A DNA stretch of 64,000 nt from Eledone cirrhosa (Eukaryota), in NCBI GenBank assembly GCA_964016885.1, contig OZ024759.1, positions 21,080,001 through 21,144,000 on the forward strand. Direction: 5' to 3'. Positions within the stretch are counted from its first letter, which is position 1, and every line of letters starts with the position of its first letter. Positions 16,521 through 31,759 of the stretch are shown one piece after another. A program made the translations under genes and the position numbers. The notes under the pieces were generated by a model that had not been told where the DNA came from, made no database searches, and saw nothing but the letters and a program-made list of their open reading frames with translations.

Positions 16521-17336
16521 GCTGAACAGTTAAGAAGAGGGAGTTTGTTGAAAAGTCACAAAGCTATTCACTTTGTGCAGACAGCGTGAAATATTAACTT
16601 TTGTTTCTCTCCTTAGACACAGCAAATAACAACACTGCTATAGAAAGTCCCCCGTCCTATGAAAAGTTATATTATTAATGATGGCCGTTTGGTGGTTTCT
16701 TTTCTTTTTTGTTTTTATGGCTCAACGACAAAATACGCGCTAAATATTATATATCTATATAATATATATATACACGCACACATTCATGTGTGTGTATATA
16801 TATATTACACACAGATACACACACACACATATGTATAATATATATATATATATATTTCTAACTCAAAAATATACACGCATAAACATAGGCATACTTTATT
16901 TACATGGACAGAAGATACTTATGGAGATATATATATACATATATATATGTATTGGTGTAATGGTAACTCAGTGATTTGGTTAACCATCCCTTTTCCATTT
17001 TGAGAGGGTTCTAAACCCCACTATCAGGCTAAATTTTCTTTACTAAAAAAAAAAGCTTCTATTTCTACTAAATATATATATATGGTTGTTTATTCCCATC
17101 TTTGCGTTGCTTTCATCCTTCTATGTTGTTTACTTGTCTCACTCACTTTACGCGATTTACTTGTCCCAATAGCTTTTTTTAGTTATTGCTCGCACCAACC
17201 TGAGGTATATGATTTTTAATGCGATGAAATATCAATGATGGTTGGCAAATCACTGACGAAGGACTATTTTTATCATATGTAACCCATGTGCAACCACGCA
17301 GTATTCTTCTTTCTTCTCATGTTTTATATATATAAT

Positions 17337-17386
<50 letters not shown>

Positions 17387-17541
17387 AAGATCCCGTTAAG
17401 GGTGAAAGCAGCGATTCTTTGCTTAAACTTTAATCTGTTATTTTAATAAATACAGTATTTGCTCTAGGGTTCTTATATATTTGATATATATTTATCCTTA
17501 TCGAGCCCTCTTTGGATTTTAGTCTTCACATTTATTATTAT

Positions 17542-17545
<4 letters not shown>
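17387..17545 (+). mobile_element. Solo 3' terminal fragment of the PLE at 60334-61510 (duplicate at 32788-32946)
   Basis: Near-identical to the reverse complement of 60334-60487; (TA)n on both sides. Confidence 0.9.
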
Positions 17546-17583
<38 letters not shown>

Positions 17584-17604
17584 TGAAGCTGAAAAAAAAT
17601 TATC

Positions 17605-17658
17605 TGACTTTCCTGATGATTTCTTACGAATGAGACAGCTCTAGTCCTGTAGAAGTCA
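17605..17658 (+). ncRNA. Degenerate hammerhead, same family as 14887-14935 (duplicate at 33031-33084)
   Basis: TGACTTTC CTGATGA TTTCTTACGAAT GAGA CAG CTCTAGTC CTGT A GAAGTCA; the core GAAA is changed to GAGA. Confidence 0.7.
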
Positions 17659-18643
17659 TTTCTTTAATAAAATTATATATATATATATATACAGAGAGTG
17701 ACTTTTCAATACAGACTCAAAATGAGAGACCAAGACCTCACCCACCAAGCACTGACAACACACACACACACACACACACACACAGATGCACACGAATGTA
17801 TATGTGCGGAAGATGAGGGCGTGAAGGTCTCGAAACGTCGATAGACCTGTGTATTTAGGAAATCCTTTGTTCCTAACCAAACACAAAGAACTAATAAGGA
17901 AGTATGAAAAAACCCTTAATAATCATTGTTGTTGGGCGGGTGGAGGGGGGGGGTCCGGGTTATAGAATGGCGGGAGGTTACTGGATATGGGGAGGTCTGG
18001 TGGTGGTGGGTCCTGGTGATAGTGGTGGTGGTGGTTGTGCCGTTAGTGTTGGTGGTAGTTGTGGTGGTGGTTGTGCCGTTGGTGTGGTGGTAGTAGTAGA
18101 AGTTGCGCTAGTATTAGTGGTGGTTGGTGGTTGTGATGGTGGTGGGTAGTATTAGTGGTGGTGGTCGTAGTAGTGGTGGTAGTGGCCGTAGTAGTAGTGG
18201 CCGTAGTAGTAGTGGTGGTAGTAGCAATGATGGTACTACTATTAGTGGTCGTAGTAGTAGTAGTATTGGTAGTGGTGGCGGCTGTATTAGTGGTGGTAGT
18301 AGTGGTAGTGGTGGTAGTAGTGGTAGTGGCGGTAGTGGTAGTAGTAGTAGTAGTGGTAGTAGTGGTGCTGCTCCGCTACATTAACTGAGTCTAATTATGC
18401 TAAACTATAGCTTAACAATCTCCGGTGTTTTCAGCCTAAATTGAGCGGAAACTGTTTGTGTGGTGGTAGGGGGAGTGTTGGTGGGAGGAAGGTCTGGAGA
18501 CGGAGTAAGGGAGGGGGAAGAAGAAAGGGCGGGAAATGGACGCTTTATATATATATATTTAATATATATGTATGTATGTATATATATATATATGTGTGTG
18601 TATATATACGTGTATATCGTGTATATATATATGTGTGTGTGTG

Positions 18644-18701
<58 letters not shown>

Positions 18702-18902
18702 TATATATATATATGTGTGTGTGTGTATATATGTAATATGTGTGTGTGTGTATATATATGTGTGTGTGTGTGTAATATTGTGTGTGTGTGTATATATATA
18801 TATATGTATATATATATGTGTGTGTATATAGGTGTATATATATATATATGTGTGTGTGTATATATATATATGTATATATATATATGTGTGTATATATATA
18901 TG

Positions 18903-18933
<31 letters not shown>

Positions 18934-19104
18934 ATATGTATATATATATATGTATGTGTGTGTTATTTGTGTAAGCATACACAGCTAGGTAGGTAAGCAA
19001 TTAAACTTTAACTAGAACTTCAAATATAGATAGCTTTTAAAATGCTCGGATCTATTCATTGGAATCTTTGAGCATATTCTACAGTGGATATGGCGCATTT
19101 ATTT

Positions 19105-19196
<92 letters not shown>

Positions 19197-19325
19197 TCGT
19201 GGTTATAGCATTGGGCTTGCAATCGAAAGGTTGAGTTCAATTCTTGGACTGGGTGATGTGTTGTTTTCTTGAACAAGACACTTTATTTCACGTTGCTCCA
19301 GTTTACTCAGCTGTAGAAATGAGAT
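19197..19325 (+). mobile_element. tRNA-derived SINE, family S2, with CORE-like domain (duplicate at ~34670-34795)
   Basis: B box GAGTTCAATTC, then CTTGAACAAGACACTTTATTTCACGTTGCTCCAGTTTACTCAGCTGTAGAAATGAG, which resembles the MIR/CORE consensus. Confidence 0.75.
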
Positions 19326-19439
19326 GATAGGAGTGGGATCCCTATCATTAAATGACCCAAGACACCTCCAACGAGATATACATTGGCCAGCTAAACCTGC
19401 ACAGGTGTGAGCTGTCTCCTCCTCTCATATATATGTGTG

Positions 19440-19481
<42 letters not shown>

Positions 19482-19495
19482 CACACACATGCACA

Positions 19496-19724
19496 TACAC
19501 AATATAAATAACAATAAAAAAGTCTTTAAAATATTTAATCACTTACGATCGTTTCATCCTACCACAAATCCGGAATTTAGGATGAAACGATCGTGATTAA
19601 ATGTTTTAAACCCTCTTTGATTGTCATATATATTGTATATTGTATCCTGGATCTGTGGTATTCTCGGTATTTTACATTGTGCTATTTTCACACTTATAAA
19701 TGGGTAATATTTATTGCTACCCGC

Positions 19725-19727
<3 letters not shown>
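19496..19727 (+). mobile_element. Fold-back element with half-hammerhead arms (duplicate at ~34965-35197)
   Basis: Perfect 17-bp inverted repeat ACGATCGTTTCATCCTA/TAGGATGAAACGATCGT, extending imperfectly to about 19496-19640, then a unique tail and (TA)n. Confidence 0.8.
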
Positions 19728-19790
<63 letters not shown>

Positions 19791-19791
<1 letters not shown>

Positions 19792-19957
19792 CGAAGGAAA
19801 TGTGGTAAGGAACCAGGTGGACCATAACGCACCAAAGTACTCAATACTTAGGGTAGTAGAGTGGGTAATAGGAACAAGTAAGACCCCGACGGCTGACTCA
19901 GTCCAGAATTAGCCGTCGAAACGGCTTGAGCTCAGCCGTCGGGGTCTTACTTGTTCC
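19791..19957 (-). mobile_element. HP1 copy C (duplicate C' at 35246-35412)
   Basis: Reverse complement of copy D, with an internal deletion in the tail-proximal arm; (TA)n flanks. Confidence 0.9.
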
Positions 19958-20344
19958 TATATATATATATATATATATATATATGACGAGTGTATGCTGT
20001 TTGTGTGGTAAGCATTATTGTGCTGAAATGTTTTAATATTGGCTATGTATTGCTATATACGAGTAGCTATCTATTATTTTAATACCACGTATTTTTGTCA
20101 GGAATTCTGTATAATACTGATGTATTTTCCGTTAGTGTTTTCCTATACATCCTTATTAGTGTTCTGTGCTGTAGTGTGTTACAACTGCCCCTTGTTGTAA
20201 ATGTATGGGGAGCCTTCAAGAGAGTGTTGTACCACCACAACTACTACTACTACTACTACTACTACTACCAACATCATCACCATCAACAGAATCACAACCA
20301 TCAATACGCTTCCTGATGTCACTACCACCATCAACTGTTAGCGT

Positions 20345-20850
20345 CACCATCACCAACACCATCACCACTATGGTCAGCACCACCACTACAAACATCATCA
20401 CCAACACCATCACCACTATGGTCAGCACCACCACTACAAACATCATCACCAACACCATCACCACTATGGTCAGCACCACCACTACAAACATCATCACCAA
20501 CACCATCACCACTATGGCCAGCACCACCACTACAAACATCATCACCAACACCATCACCACTATGGCCAGCACCACCACTAGAAACATCATCACCAACACC
20601 ATCACCACTATGGTCAGCACCACCACTACAAACATCATCACCAACACCATCACCAACACCATCACCACTGTGGCCAGCACCACCACTACAAACATCATCA
20701 CCAACACCATCACCACTATGGTCAGCACCACCACTACAAACATCATCACCAACACCATCACCACTATGGTCAGCACCACCACTACAAACATCATCACCAA
20801 CACCATCACCACTATGGTCAGCACCACCACTACAAACATCATCACCAAAA
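20345..20850. repeat. 48-bp minisatellite, about 10 copies (duplicate at ~35810-36300)
   Basis: Unit CACCATCACCACTATGGTCAGCACCACCACTACAAACATCATCACCAA. Confidence 0.95.
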
Positions 20851-20879
20851 ACATCACGACCAGTAGAGACATTATCACC

Positions 20880-23800
20880 TAACAACAACAACATCACTAC
20901 CACCTCCACTACCATCACCACCACCACTAGCATCACCACCACCACCACCACAACCACTACCACTACCACCACCACCACCACCACCACCACCACCACTACC
21001 ACCACCACCACTACCACCACCAACAACACCACCAACACCAACAACACCACCACAACCACTACCACCACCAACACTACCACCACCACTACCATCACCACCA
21101 CTACCACCACCACCACTACCACCAACACCAACAACACCACCACAATCACCACCACCACCACCACAATCACCACCACCACCACCACCACCACCACCACCAC
21201 TACCACCACCAACAACACCACCACAACCACTACCACAATCACCACCACCACCACCACTACCACCAACACCAACAACACCACCACAATCACCACCACCACC
21301 ACCACCACCACCACAATCACCACCACCACCACCACCACTACCACCACCAACAACACCACCACCACCACCACCACAATCACCACCACCACCACCACTACCA
21401 CCAACACCAACAACACCACCACAATCACCACCACCACCACCACCACAATCACCACCACCACCACCACCACCACCACCACTACCACCACCAACAACACCAC
21501 CACAACCACTACCACCATCACCACCATCACTACCATCACCACCACCACCACCACCACCACCACTACCACCATCAAAATCTCTTTGCTAAACCATTCTCTA
21601 TGTTCCATGTTAATATGTTGTCACAGCCATTTAAATAGATTTTACATTAAACGGTGTAAACGACATTTGGAGGGGGGGGGGGTATGAGGAGAGGGTTGAG
21701 GAGGGGGTGGAATCAATATCGCCATCTCATCACCTCCGCCACCAACATCAGTGCTATGTTCACTTCCACCTTCGCCACCGCTGCAACCATTGCCATTACT
21801 GCAACTAGCACTGCCAACAACAACAACAGCCGCACCACCAGCAACAGCAACACAACCACCACCGCCAGCAACAGCAACACAACCACCAACACCAACAACA
21901 CCACCACCAGCACAACCACCACCAACAACATCACCACCACCAACACCACCACCACCAACAGCACAACCTCCACAAACACCACCACCAACAGCACCAGCAC
22001 GAACAACAGCACAACCTCCACCAACAACACCACGTCCTCCACCAACAACACCACCACCAACAACAACAACAACACCACAACCTCCACCAACAACACCACG
22101 TCCTCCACCAACAACACCACCACCACCAACAACAACAACAGCACAACCTCCACCAACAACACCACGTCCTCCACCAACAACACCACCACCACCAACAACA
22201 ACAACACCACAACCTCCACCAACAACACCACAACCTCCACCGACACCACGTCCTCCACCAACAACACCACGACCTCCACCAACAACACCACGACCTCCAC
22301 CAACAACACCACGACCTCCACCAACAACACCACAACCTCCACCAACAACACCACGACCTCCACCAACAACACCACGTCCTCCACCAACAACACCACGTCC
22401 TCCACCAACAACACCACGACCTCCACCAACAACACACCACTACCAACAACACCAACAACACCACGACCTCCACCAACAACACACCACTACCAACAACACC
22501 AACAACACCACGACCTCCACCAACAACACACCACTACCAACAACACCAACAACACCACGACCTCCACCAACAACACACCACTACCAACAACACCAACAAC
22601 ACCACGACCTCCACCAACAACACACCACTACCAACAACACCAACAACAACAACACCACCACCAACAACAACACACCACTACCAACAACACCAACAACACC
22701 ACGACCTCCACCAACAACACCACAACCTCCACCAACAACACCACGACCTCCACCAACAACAACACCACAACCTCCACCAACAACACCACCACAACCTCCA
22801 CCAACAACACCACCACAACCTCCACCAACAACACCACCACAACCTCCACCAACAACACCACGACCTCCACCAACAACAACACCACAACCTCCACCAACAA
22901 CACCACGTCCTCCACCAACAACGCCACAACCTCCACCAACAACACCACAACCTCCACCAACAACACCACGACCTCCACCAACAACAACACGACCTCCACC
23001 AACAACACCACAACCTCCACCAACAACACCACGACCTCCACCAACAACAACACCACAACCTCCACCAACAACACCACAACCTCCACCAACAACACCACGA
23101 CCTCCACCAACAACAACACCTCAACCTCCACCAACAACACCACGACCTCCACCAACAACACCACGACCTCCACCAACAACAACACCACAACCTCCACCAA
23201 CAACACCACGACCTCCACCAACAACACCACGACCTCCATTAACAACACCACAACCTCCACCGACACCACGTCCTCCACCAACAACACCACCACTACCAAC
23301 AACACCACCAACAACACCACGACCTCCACCAACAACAACACCACAACCTCCACCAACAACACCACGACCTCCACCAACAACACCACGACCTCCACCAACA
23401 ACACCACGACCTCCATTAACAACACCACAACCTCCACCGACACCACGTCCTCCACCAACAACACCACCACTACCAACAACACCACCAACAACACCACGTC
23501 CTCCACCAACAACGCCACAACCTCCACCAACAACGCCACAACCTCCACCAACAACACCACGACCTCCACCAACAACACCACGACCTCCACCAACAACACC
23601 ACGACCTCCACCAACAACACCACGACCTCCACCAACAACACCACGACCTCCACCAACAACACCACGACCTCCACCAACAACACCACGACCTCCACCAACA
23701 ACACCACGACCTCCACCAACAACACCACGACCTCCACCGACACCACGTCCTCCACCAACAACACCACCACTACCAACAACACCACCAACAACACCACGTC

Positions 23801-24232
23801 CTCCACCAACAACGCCACAACCTCCACCAACAACGCCACAACCTCCACCAACAACGCCACAACCTCCACCAACAACACCACGATCTCCACCAACAACACC
23901 ACAACCTCCACCAACAACGCCACAACCTCCACCAACAACGCCACAACCTCCACCAACAATACCACGATCTCCACCAACAACACCACGATCTCCACCAACA
24001 ACACCACGACCTCCACCAACAACACCAACAACACCACAACCTCCACCAACACCACGTCCTCCACCAACAACACCACAACCTCCACCAACAACACCACAAC
24101 CTCCACCAACAACAACAACACCACGTCCTCCACCAACAACACCACCACCAACAACAACAACAACACCACCACCAACAACACCACCAACAACAACAACAAC
24201 AACAACACCACCACCACCAACAACAACACCAA
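20880..24232. repeat. (ACC/AAC)n tracts and a 21-bp minisatellite CCACGACCTCCACCAACAACA
   Basis: Seen directly; includes a 47-bp variant unit at about 22430-22680. Confidence 0.95.
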
Positions 24233-24294
24233 TCATAAACAGATCACGATTTAAGGCCGTGTTATTTTATTTTTTTATCCAATGAATATTTTAG

Positions 24295-25204
24295 ATGTTG
24301 TTGTTGTTGGTGTTGGTGTTGGTGGTGGGGATGGTGTTGGTGGTGGGGTTGGTGGTGATGGGGATGGTGTTGGTGGTGGTGTTGATGGTGTTGTTGATGG
24401 TGGTAGTAGTGGTGTTGGTGGTAATGTTGTTGTTGATGGTGTTTTTGTTGATGTTGGTGGTGATGATGTTAGTGGTGTTGGTGGTGGTGGTGTTGGTAGT
24501 GGTGATGTTGTTGTTGTTGATGGTGTTTTGTTGATGTTAGTGGTGTTGGTGGTGGTGTTTTGTTGATGTAGGTGGTGTTGTTGGTGGTGATGGTGTTAGT
24601 GGTGTTGGTGGTGGTGGTGATGGTGTTAGTGGTGGTGGTGTTAGTGGTGGTGTTTTGTTGATGCTGGTAGATGTGATGTCGCTTTTGTTGGTGGTGTTGT
24701 TGTTGATATTGTTGATGGCAGCGGTGTTGGTGGTGATGGTGTCGTTGTTGTTCTTGTTGAGGATGGTGTTGTTATTAGTGGTGGTGGCGGTGTCGTTGCT
24801 AGGGATGATAGGGATGTTGCTGGTGGTGGTGATGTTTGTGGTCTTGATAGTGTTGTGTGATGGCGATGTTGTTGATGTTGGCGTTGTTGATTGTGGTGTT
24901 GTTGATGTTGTTGGTGGTGTTGGTGGTGATGTTGCTGGTGATGGCGGCGATAGTGTTGGTGTTGGTGGTGTTGGTGGTGTTGTTGGTGTTGTTGTTGTTG
25001 TTGGTTGTGGTGGTGGTGGCGATATTGTTGGTGTTGTGTGATGGCGATGTTGTTGATGTTGGCGTTGTTGATTGTGGTGTTGTTGATGTTGTTGGTGGTG
25101 TTGGTGGTGATGTTGCTGGTGATGGCGGCGATATTGTTGGTGTTGGTGGTGTTGTTGTTGTTGGTGGTGGCGGCGATATTGTTGGTGTTGTGTGATGGCG
25201 ATGG

Positions 25205-25266
<62 letters not shown>

Positions 25267-25693
25267 GTGTTGGTGGTGATGATGATGATGATTGTGGTGG
25301 TGTTGGTGGTGATGGTGGCGGTGCTATTAATGGTGTTGTTGTTGTTGTTGTTGATGTTGATGGTTGCCGGTGCTATTGGTGGTGTTGTTGTTGTTGTTGT
25401 TGTTGGTGGCAGTGCTATTGATGGTGGTGTTGTTGTTGGTGGTGTTGTTGGCGGTGCTATTGATGTCGTTGTTGATGGTGGCGATGCTGGTGTTGTTGTT
25501 GTTGTTGTTGGTGATATTGTTGATGTTGTTGTTGATATTGTTACATTTATCGCTTGTTGTTCTCATTGTTGTTAATGTTGTGTTGTGACTGTTGTTTTAG
25601 TTGTTGTTGCTTTCTTGCTAGTGTTAGTAATGTAATGTTTTTGCTGCTGCTGCTGTTGTTGTTTTATGTTTTTGCTGCTGCTGCTGCTGCTGC

Positions 25694-25736
<43 letters not shown>

Positions 25737-25737
25737 A
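24295..25737. repeat. (GGT/GTT/GAT)n low-complexity tract
   Basis: Seen directly; contains an internal repeat starting GTGTTGTGTGATGGCGATG at about 24850, 25031 and 25184. Confidence 0.9.
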
Positions 25738-26062
25738 ACTTAATGGCGACTCTGACATGATTAAATTTGCCTGTCTATTTGACGGAATTGTTTCCTAAAT
25801 GCCAGGCAGAAGATGGTAATTTCTTGAAGAAAGAGAGAGAGAGAACTACCACACACGCACATACACACACACACGCGCGCACACACACACAAACACACAC
25901 GCACACGCACGCACACACACACACACACAGGCACACACACACACACAGGCACACACACACACGGCCTCTTTTGATAAGACGGACGCGGCAGTAGGAAAAG
26001 AAAGGAGAGGGAGAGTGTGTGAGAAAGAAAAACTAGCGAAAGGAGAGCTGCACGATAGTGGG

Positions 26063-26138
<76 letters not shown>

Positions 26139-26194
26139 AAGCTGGATGAAGACGAGAAAGAAAAAAGTGAGAAAAAGAGGGAGGCTGTGTATGA

Positions 26195-26227
<33 letters not shown>

Positions 26228-27190
26228 GATATGTGTGTGTCTGTGTATGAGTGTGTGTGTGTGTGTGTGTGTGTGTGGTTGTGAGTCTCTGTGTGTGAAG
26301 AAGAAGAAAGTGGAAGAAAGAGGGACAGGGAGAGCAATTGCAAACATAGAGAGTGGTTGTATTGGAGTGAAATAAGGTTGGAGGGAGTGGGCAGGACAGA
26401 GAACAAGGGAGAGAGAGAGAGAAGAAGAAGGAATTGAGCGGGAGAGAGAATGAAAGAGAACAAGAGAGAGTGAAAGAGAGAGAGAGAGCTGCGTGTAAGA
26501 AGATAGAGAAAGCTGCATTGAAAAGACACTGAGTGAATATATAGAAGTGGAATGAGGAAAAATGAAGAGAGTGCGTGTGTATATGTATGTGTAAGTTTGT
26601 GTGTGTTTATATATATATATATGTATGTGTGTAAGTGTGTGTGTGTGTATATATGTATGCGTGTGTGTGTGTGTGCGTATATATATGTATGCGTGTGTAA
26701 GTGTGTGTATATGTATGTGTGTAAGTTTGTGTGTATATATGTGTGTGTGTGTAAGTTTGTGTGTATATATATATATATGTATGTGTATGTATAGATGTGT
26801 GTGTAAGTTGGTGTGTGTATATATATGTGTGTGTGTATATATATGTGTGTAAGTTTGTGTGTGTATAAATGTGTATGTATATATATATGTGTGTATATAC
26901 ATACACACACATATATATATACACACACAAACTTACACATATGCATATATATATGTGTATATATATATATGTGTGTGTAAATTTGTGTGTATGTATACAT
27001 ATGTATGTGTAAGTGTGTGTGTATATATATGTATGTATGTGTAAGTTTGTGTATATATATATATGTATGTGTGTGTAAGTGTGTGTGTGTATATATATAT
27101 ATATGTATGCGTGTGTAAATGTGTGTGTGAAATAGGTATGTGTGTGTATAAGATGTGTGTGTAAGTGTGTATGTTTATAAAATATGCATA

Positions 27191-27222
<32 letters not shown>

Positions 27223-27494
27223 AAATATGTATGTGTGTGTGTGTGTGTAAATATATAAAATATGTATATATATTTATGTGTGTGTGTGTGTGTAAATAGA
27301 AATAGTAGGAAGAGGAGGAAGAATGAGGGAGGGGGAGGTGCCCCCCTACCCCCGGGGTGAGGAGGAGGGAGAGGGGCTAATTCCATGATAGACACAAACC
27401 ATTTATCAAGACTATTAAGAACACGCTAAACGGTAATTTATTCTTACAAACACAGACTCACACATACTCACACACACACTGGCACATACACATA

Positions 27495-27995
27495 TACACA
27501 CACACACACTGGCACACCCCTCTCTCACCCCCCTCTCTGCCTCTCTCTCACCCCCCCCCCCTCTCTGCCTCTCTCTCACCCCCGCTCTGCCTCTCTCTCA
27601 CCCCCGCTCTGCCTCTCTCTCACCCCCTCTCTGCCTCTTTCTCACCCCTCTCTGCCTCTCTCTCACCCCCCTCTCTGCCTCTCTCTCACCCCCTCTCTGC
27701 CTCTCTCTCACCCCCCTCTCTGCCTCTCTATCACCCCCTCTCTATCACCCCCTCTCTGCCTCTCTCTCACACCCTCTCTGCCTCTCTCACCCCTTCTCTG
27801 CCTCTCTCCCCCTTCTCTGCCTCTCTCCCCCCTTCTCTCCTCTCTCTCCCCCCTTCTCTGCCTCTCTCTCCCCCCTCTCTGCCCCTCTCTCTCCTCTCTC
27901 TGCCTCTCTGCCTCTCTCTCTCTCTCTCTCCCTCCCTCTCTCTCACTCTCTCTCTCTCCCTCTCTGTCTCCCTCTCCCCATTCCCCACTCTCTCT
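27495..27995. repeat. ~22-bp CT-rich minisatellite CTCTCTGCCTCTCTCTCACCCC
   Basis: Seen directly. Confidence 0.9.
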
Positions 27996-28625
27996 CTCCT
28001 CGCCGATTCTTAATAATTCTCTTGTCCGCCATCTTATTTTCTCTACCTGTGACTTTCTTGCAGTTTCTCCATTTTTTTTTTGTTTTCGACCTTCCTTCCT
28101 TTTCTTCTTCTTCCTTGCTTCGATATTATAACGCATGTTTCTTCCTCGGCCTCCTCCACCCTCTCCTCCACCTCCGCCTCACTCCCTCCACCCTCTCCGC
28201 CGCCTCTTCCACCCCCTCCAACTTCTTGTCCTTCTATATTATTATTATTTTTATTATTATTATCTTCATAAATATCATCAGCTTCCCTATTTCTTCTCCA
28301 TATATCTCGTTCATTTCACCATAATATATTCATATATACATATGTATGTATGTATATATATATATATATGTATGTATATATATATATATATGTATGTATA
28401 TATATATATATATGTATGTATATGTGTATATGTATATATAATATATATATGTATGTATATGTGTATATGTATGTGTATATATATATGTATATGTATGTAT
28501 ATGTGTATATATATATGTGTATATATATGTGTATATGTATATGTGTATATGTATATGTGTATATATATATGTATATATATATGTATATATATATATGTAT
28601 ATGTGCGTATATATACATGTGTATG

Positions 28626-28671
<46 letters not shown>

Positions 28672-29007
28672 GTATATAAGTATATATATACACTACTATT
28701 GCTGAGATTCCATCACCACCCCAATATATATTTTCACAAGGAAGATCTTTCTATATATACACTTAGTTTGTGTATATATAATCTAAAGAATATGTTACAA
28801 CACATATATATTCATATATATGCATAATTTGTGTGTGAGTATGTGTATATATATATATATATACATTATGCATAATGTATATACTTATATATATGTCGGT
28901 GTATTTATCTCTCTATGTATGTATGTATGTGTGTGCATATATACGTATGTGTGTATATATATATATACGTAAATATATATGTGTGTGTGTGTGTGAATAT
29001 ATATGTA

Positions 29008-29039
<32 letters not shown>

Positions 29040-29499
29040 CGTATATGATCTATACGTGCATATGTGTGTATATGTATATATAGAGATATATACGTATATG
29101 TGTATATATGTATATAGATGTATATAGATGTGTGTGTAAGAAATCTATTCTCATCAACACACCACACCTCACCACCTAGTTTATTTTTTCCCTCCTACCC
29201 CCTTATCGTTGTCTCTCTTCACTATTTACATATTTTATATTGAACATACTGCTTTCATATACGATATTTGAATATTCATTGCAAGTTATCTCCCTTTGTA
29301 TTTATTATTTATTGTTTGTGTTCGTGTTGTTGTTTGTTATTTTTTTAAATAAATTATTGCTATTGCTGTTTAAGGAGTTTTAATGGAGCGGCAGAGCTTC
29401 CGATAGAATGCCTTGTGTTATTTAGAGTAGTGATTTTCAAATGGATCCCTTGAAGAATTTTAGCCAAGGGAAATTTTGAGAGACTTCGAAACACGGAAA

Positions 29500-31165
<1,666 letters not shown>

Positions 31166-31211
31166 AGAAAATGCGAAGTAGTTTAAGATGTTAAAGTCAT
31201 TTAATGATAAT

Positions 31212-31286
31212 GCTGTGATACATATTTCAATGACGACAGTGGCCACACGATCCCGTGTACCCAGTGCCGTGACATCATCAGACAGC
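31212..31286 (-). ncRNA. Type I hammerhead with long stem II (duplicate at 46652-46726)
   Basis: Minus strand GCTGT CTGATGA [TGTC ACGGCACTGGGTACACG GGAT CGTGTGGCCACTGTCGT CATT] GAA ATATGTAT C ACAGC. Perfect 5-bp stem I; 15 of 17 positions paired in stem II; AUC triplet. Confidence 0.85.
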
Positions 31287-31415
31287 TTCTTACATAATAA
31301 GGTTACGCTCCCGAGGCAATCCAACTCGAATCGACAAGGGAACGGACAAAGCGGATGTTCTTGGATCCTTCGCCCGTTCATATATATATATACGTGTTTT
31401 CTTCAGACAAAAATG

Positions 31416-31485
31416 TTTGTCTGAAGAGAACACGTAGGGCAGTTGTTATATAACTGCCTTAAGTCTTTGAAATACGTATAACAAA
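31416..31485 (+). ncRNA. Type I hammerhead (duplicate at 46856-46925)
   Basis: TTTGT CTGAAGA [..AGGGCAGTTGT TAT ATAACTGCCTT..] GAA ATACGTAT A ACAAA, followed by AATAAA. Palindromic stem III; AUA triplet. Confidence 0.85.
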
Positions 31486-31517
31486 ATAAATAAGGATGTA
31501 CAAATGAAACCGTCTTC

Positions 31518-31667
31518 GGTAGAGCGTCAGACACCATGCTTTGCAGCGTAGTTACGGCTTTTTACGTCTGAGTTCAAATCCCGCCTTTCATCCTTACGGG
31601 GTCGATAAAATAAAGTACCAGTAATGTACTGGGCAATTGGTGGCCTTGTGCCAAACGTTGAAACATT
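31518..31667 (+). mobile_element. SINE family S1 (duplicate at 46958-47108)
   Basis: Aligns to 14459-14625 with an internal deletion after AAATCCCGCC. Confidence 0.8.
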
Positions 31668-31759
31668 ATATACATATATATATCAAATGAAATACCAATA
31701 TACCCAACTACAGTGTTTGTGTATATATATCAAATGTAATGTCAATATATCCAACTATA

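Noticed and set aside
17250-17310. CTGACGA possible HHR core
   Set aside because: No downstream GAAA or stems could be found.
17801-17845. HHR-like CGGAAGA...GTCTC GAAACGTC
   Set aside because: The core is mutated and stem I does not pair; at most a dead relic.
21684-24285. 856-aa Thr/Asn ORF and 844-aa Pro/Thr ORF (mucin or extensin-like)
   Set aside because: The T-poor repeat cannot form stops; 47-bp units rotate the reading frame; there is no signal peptide or domain.
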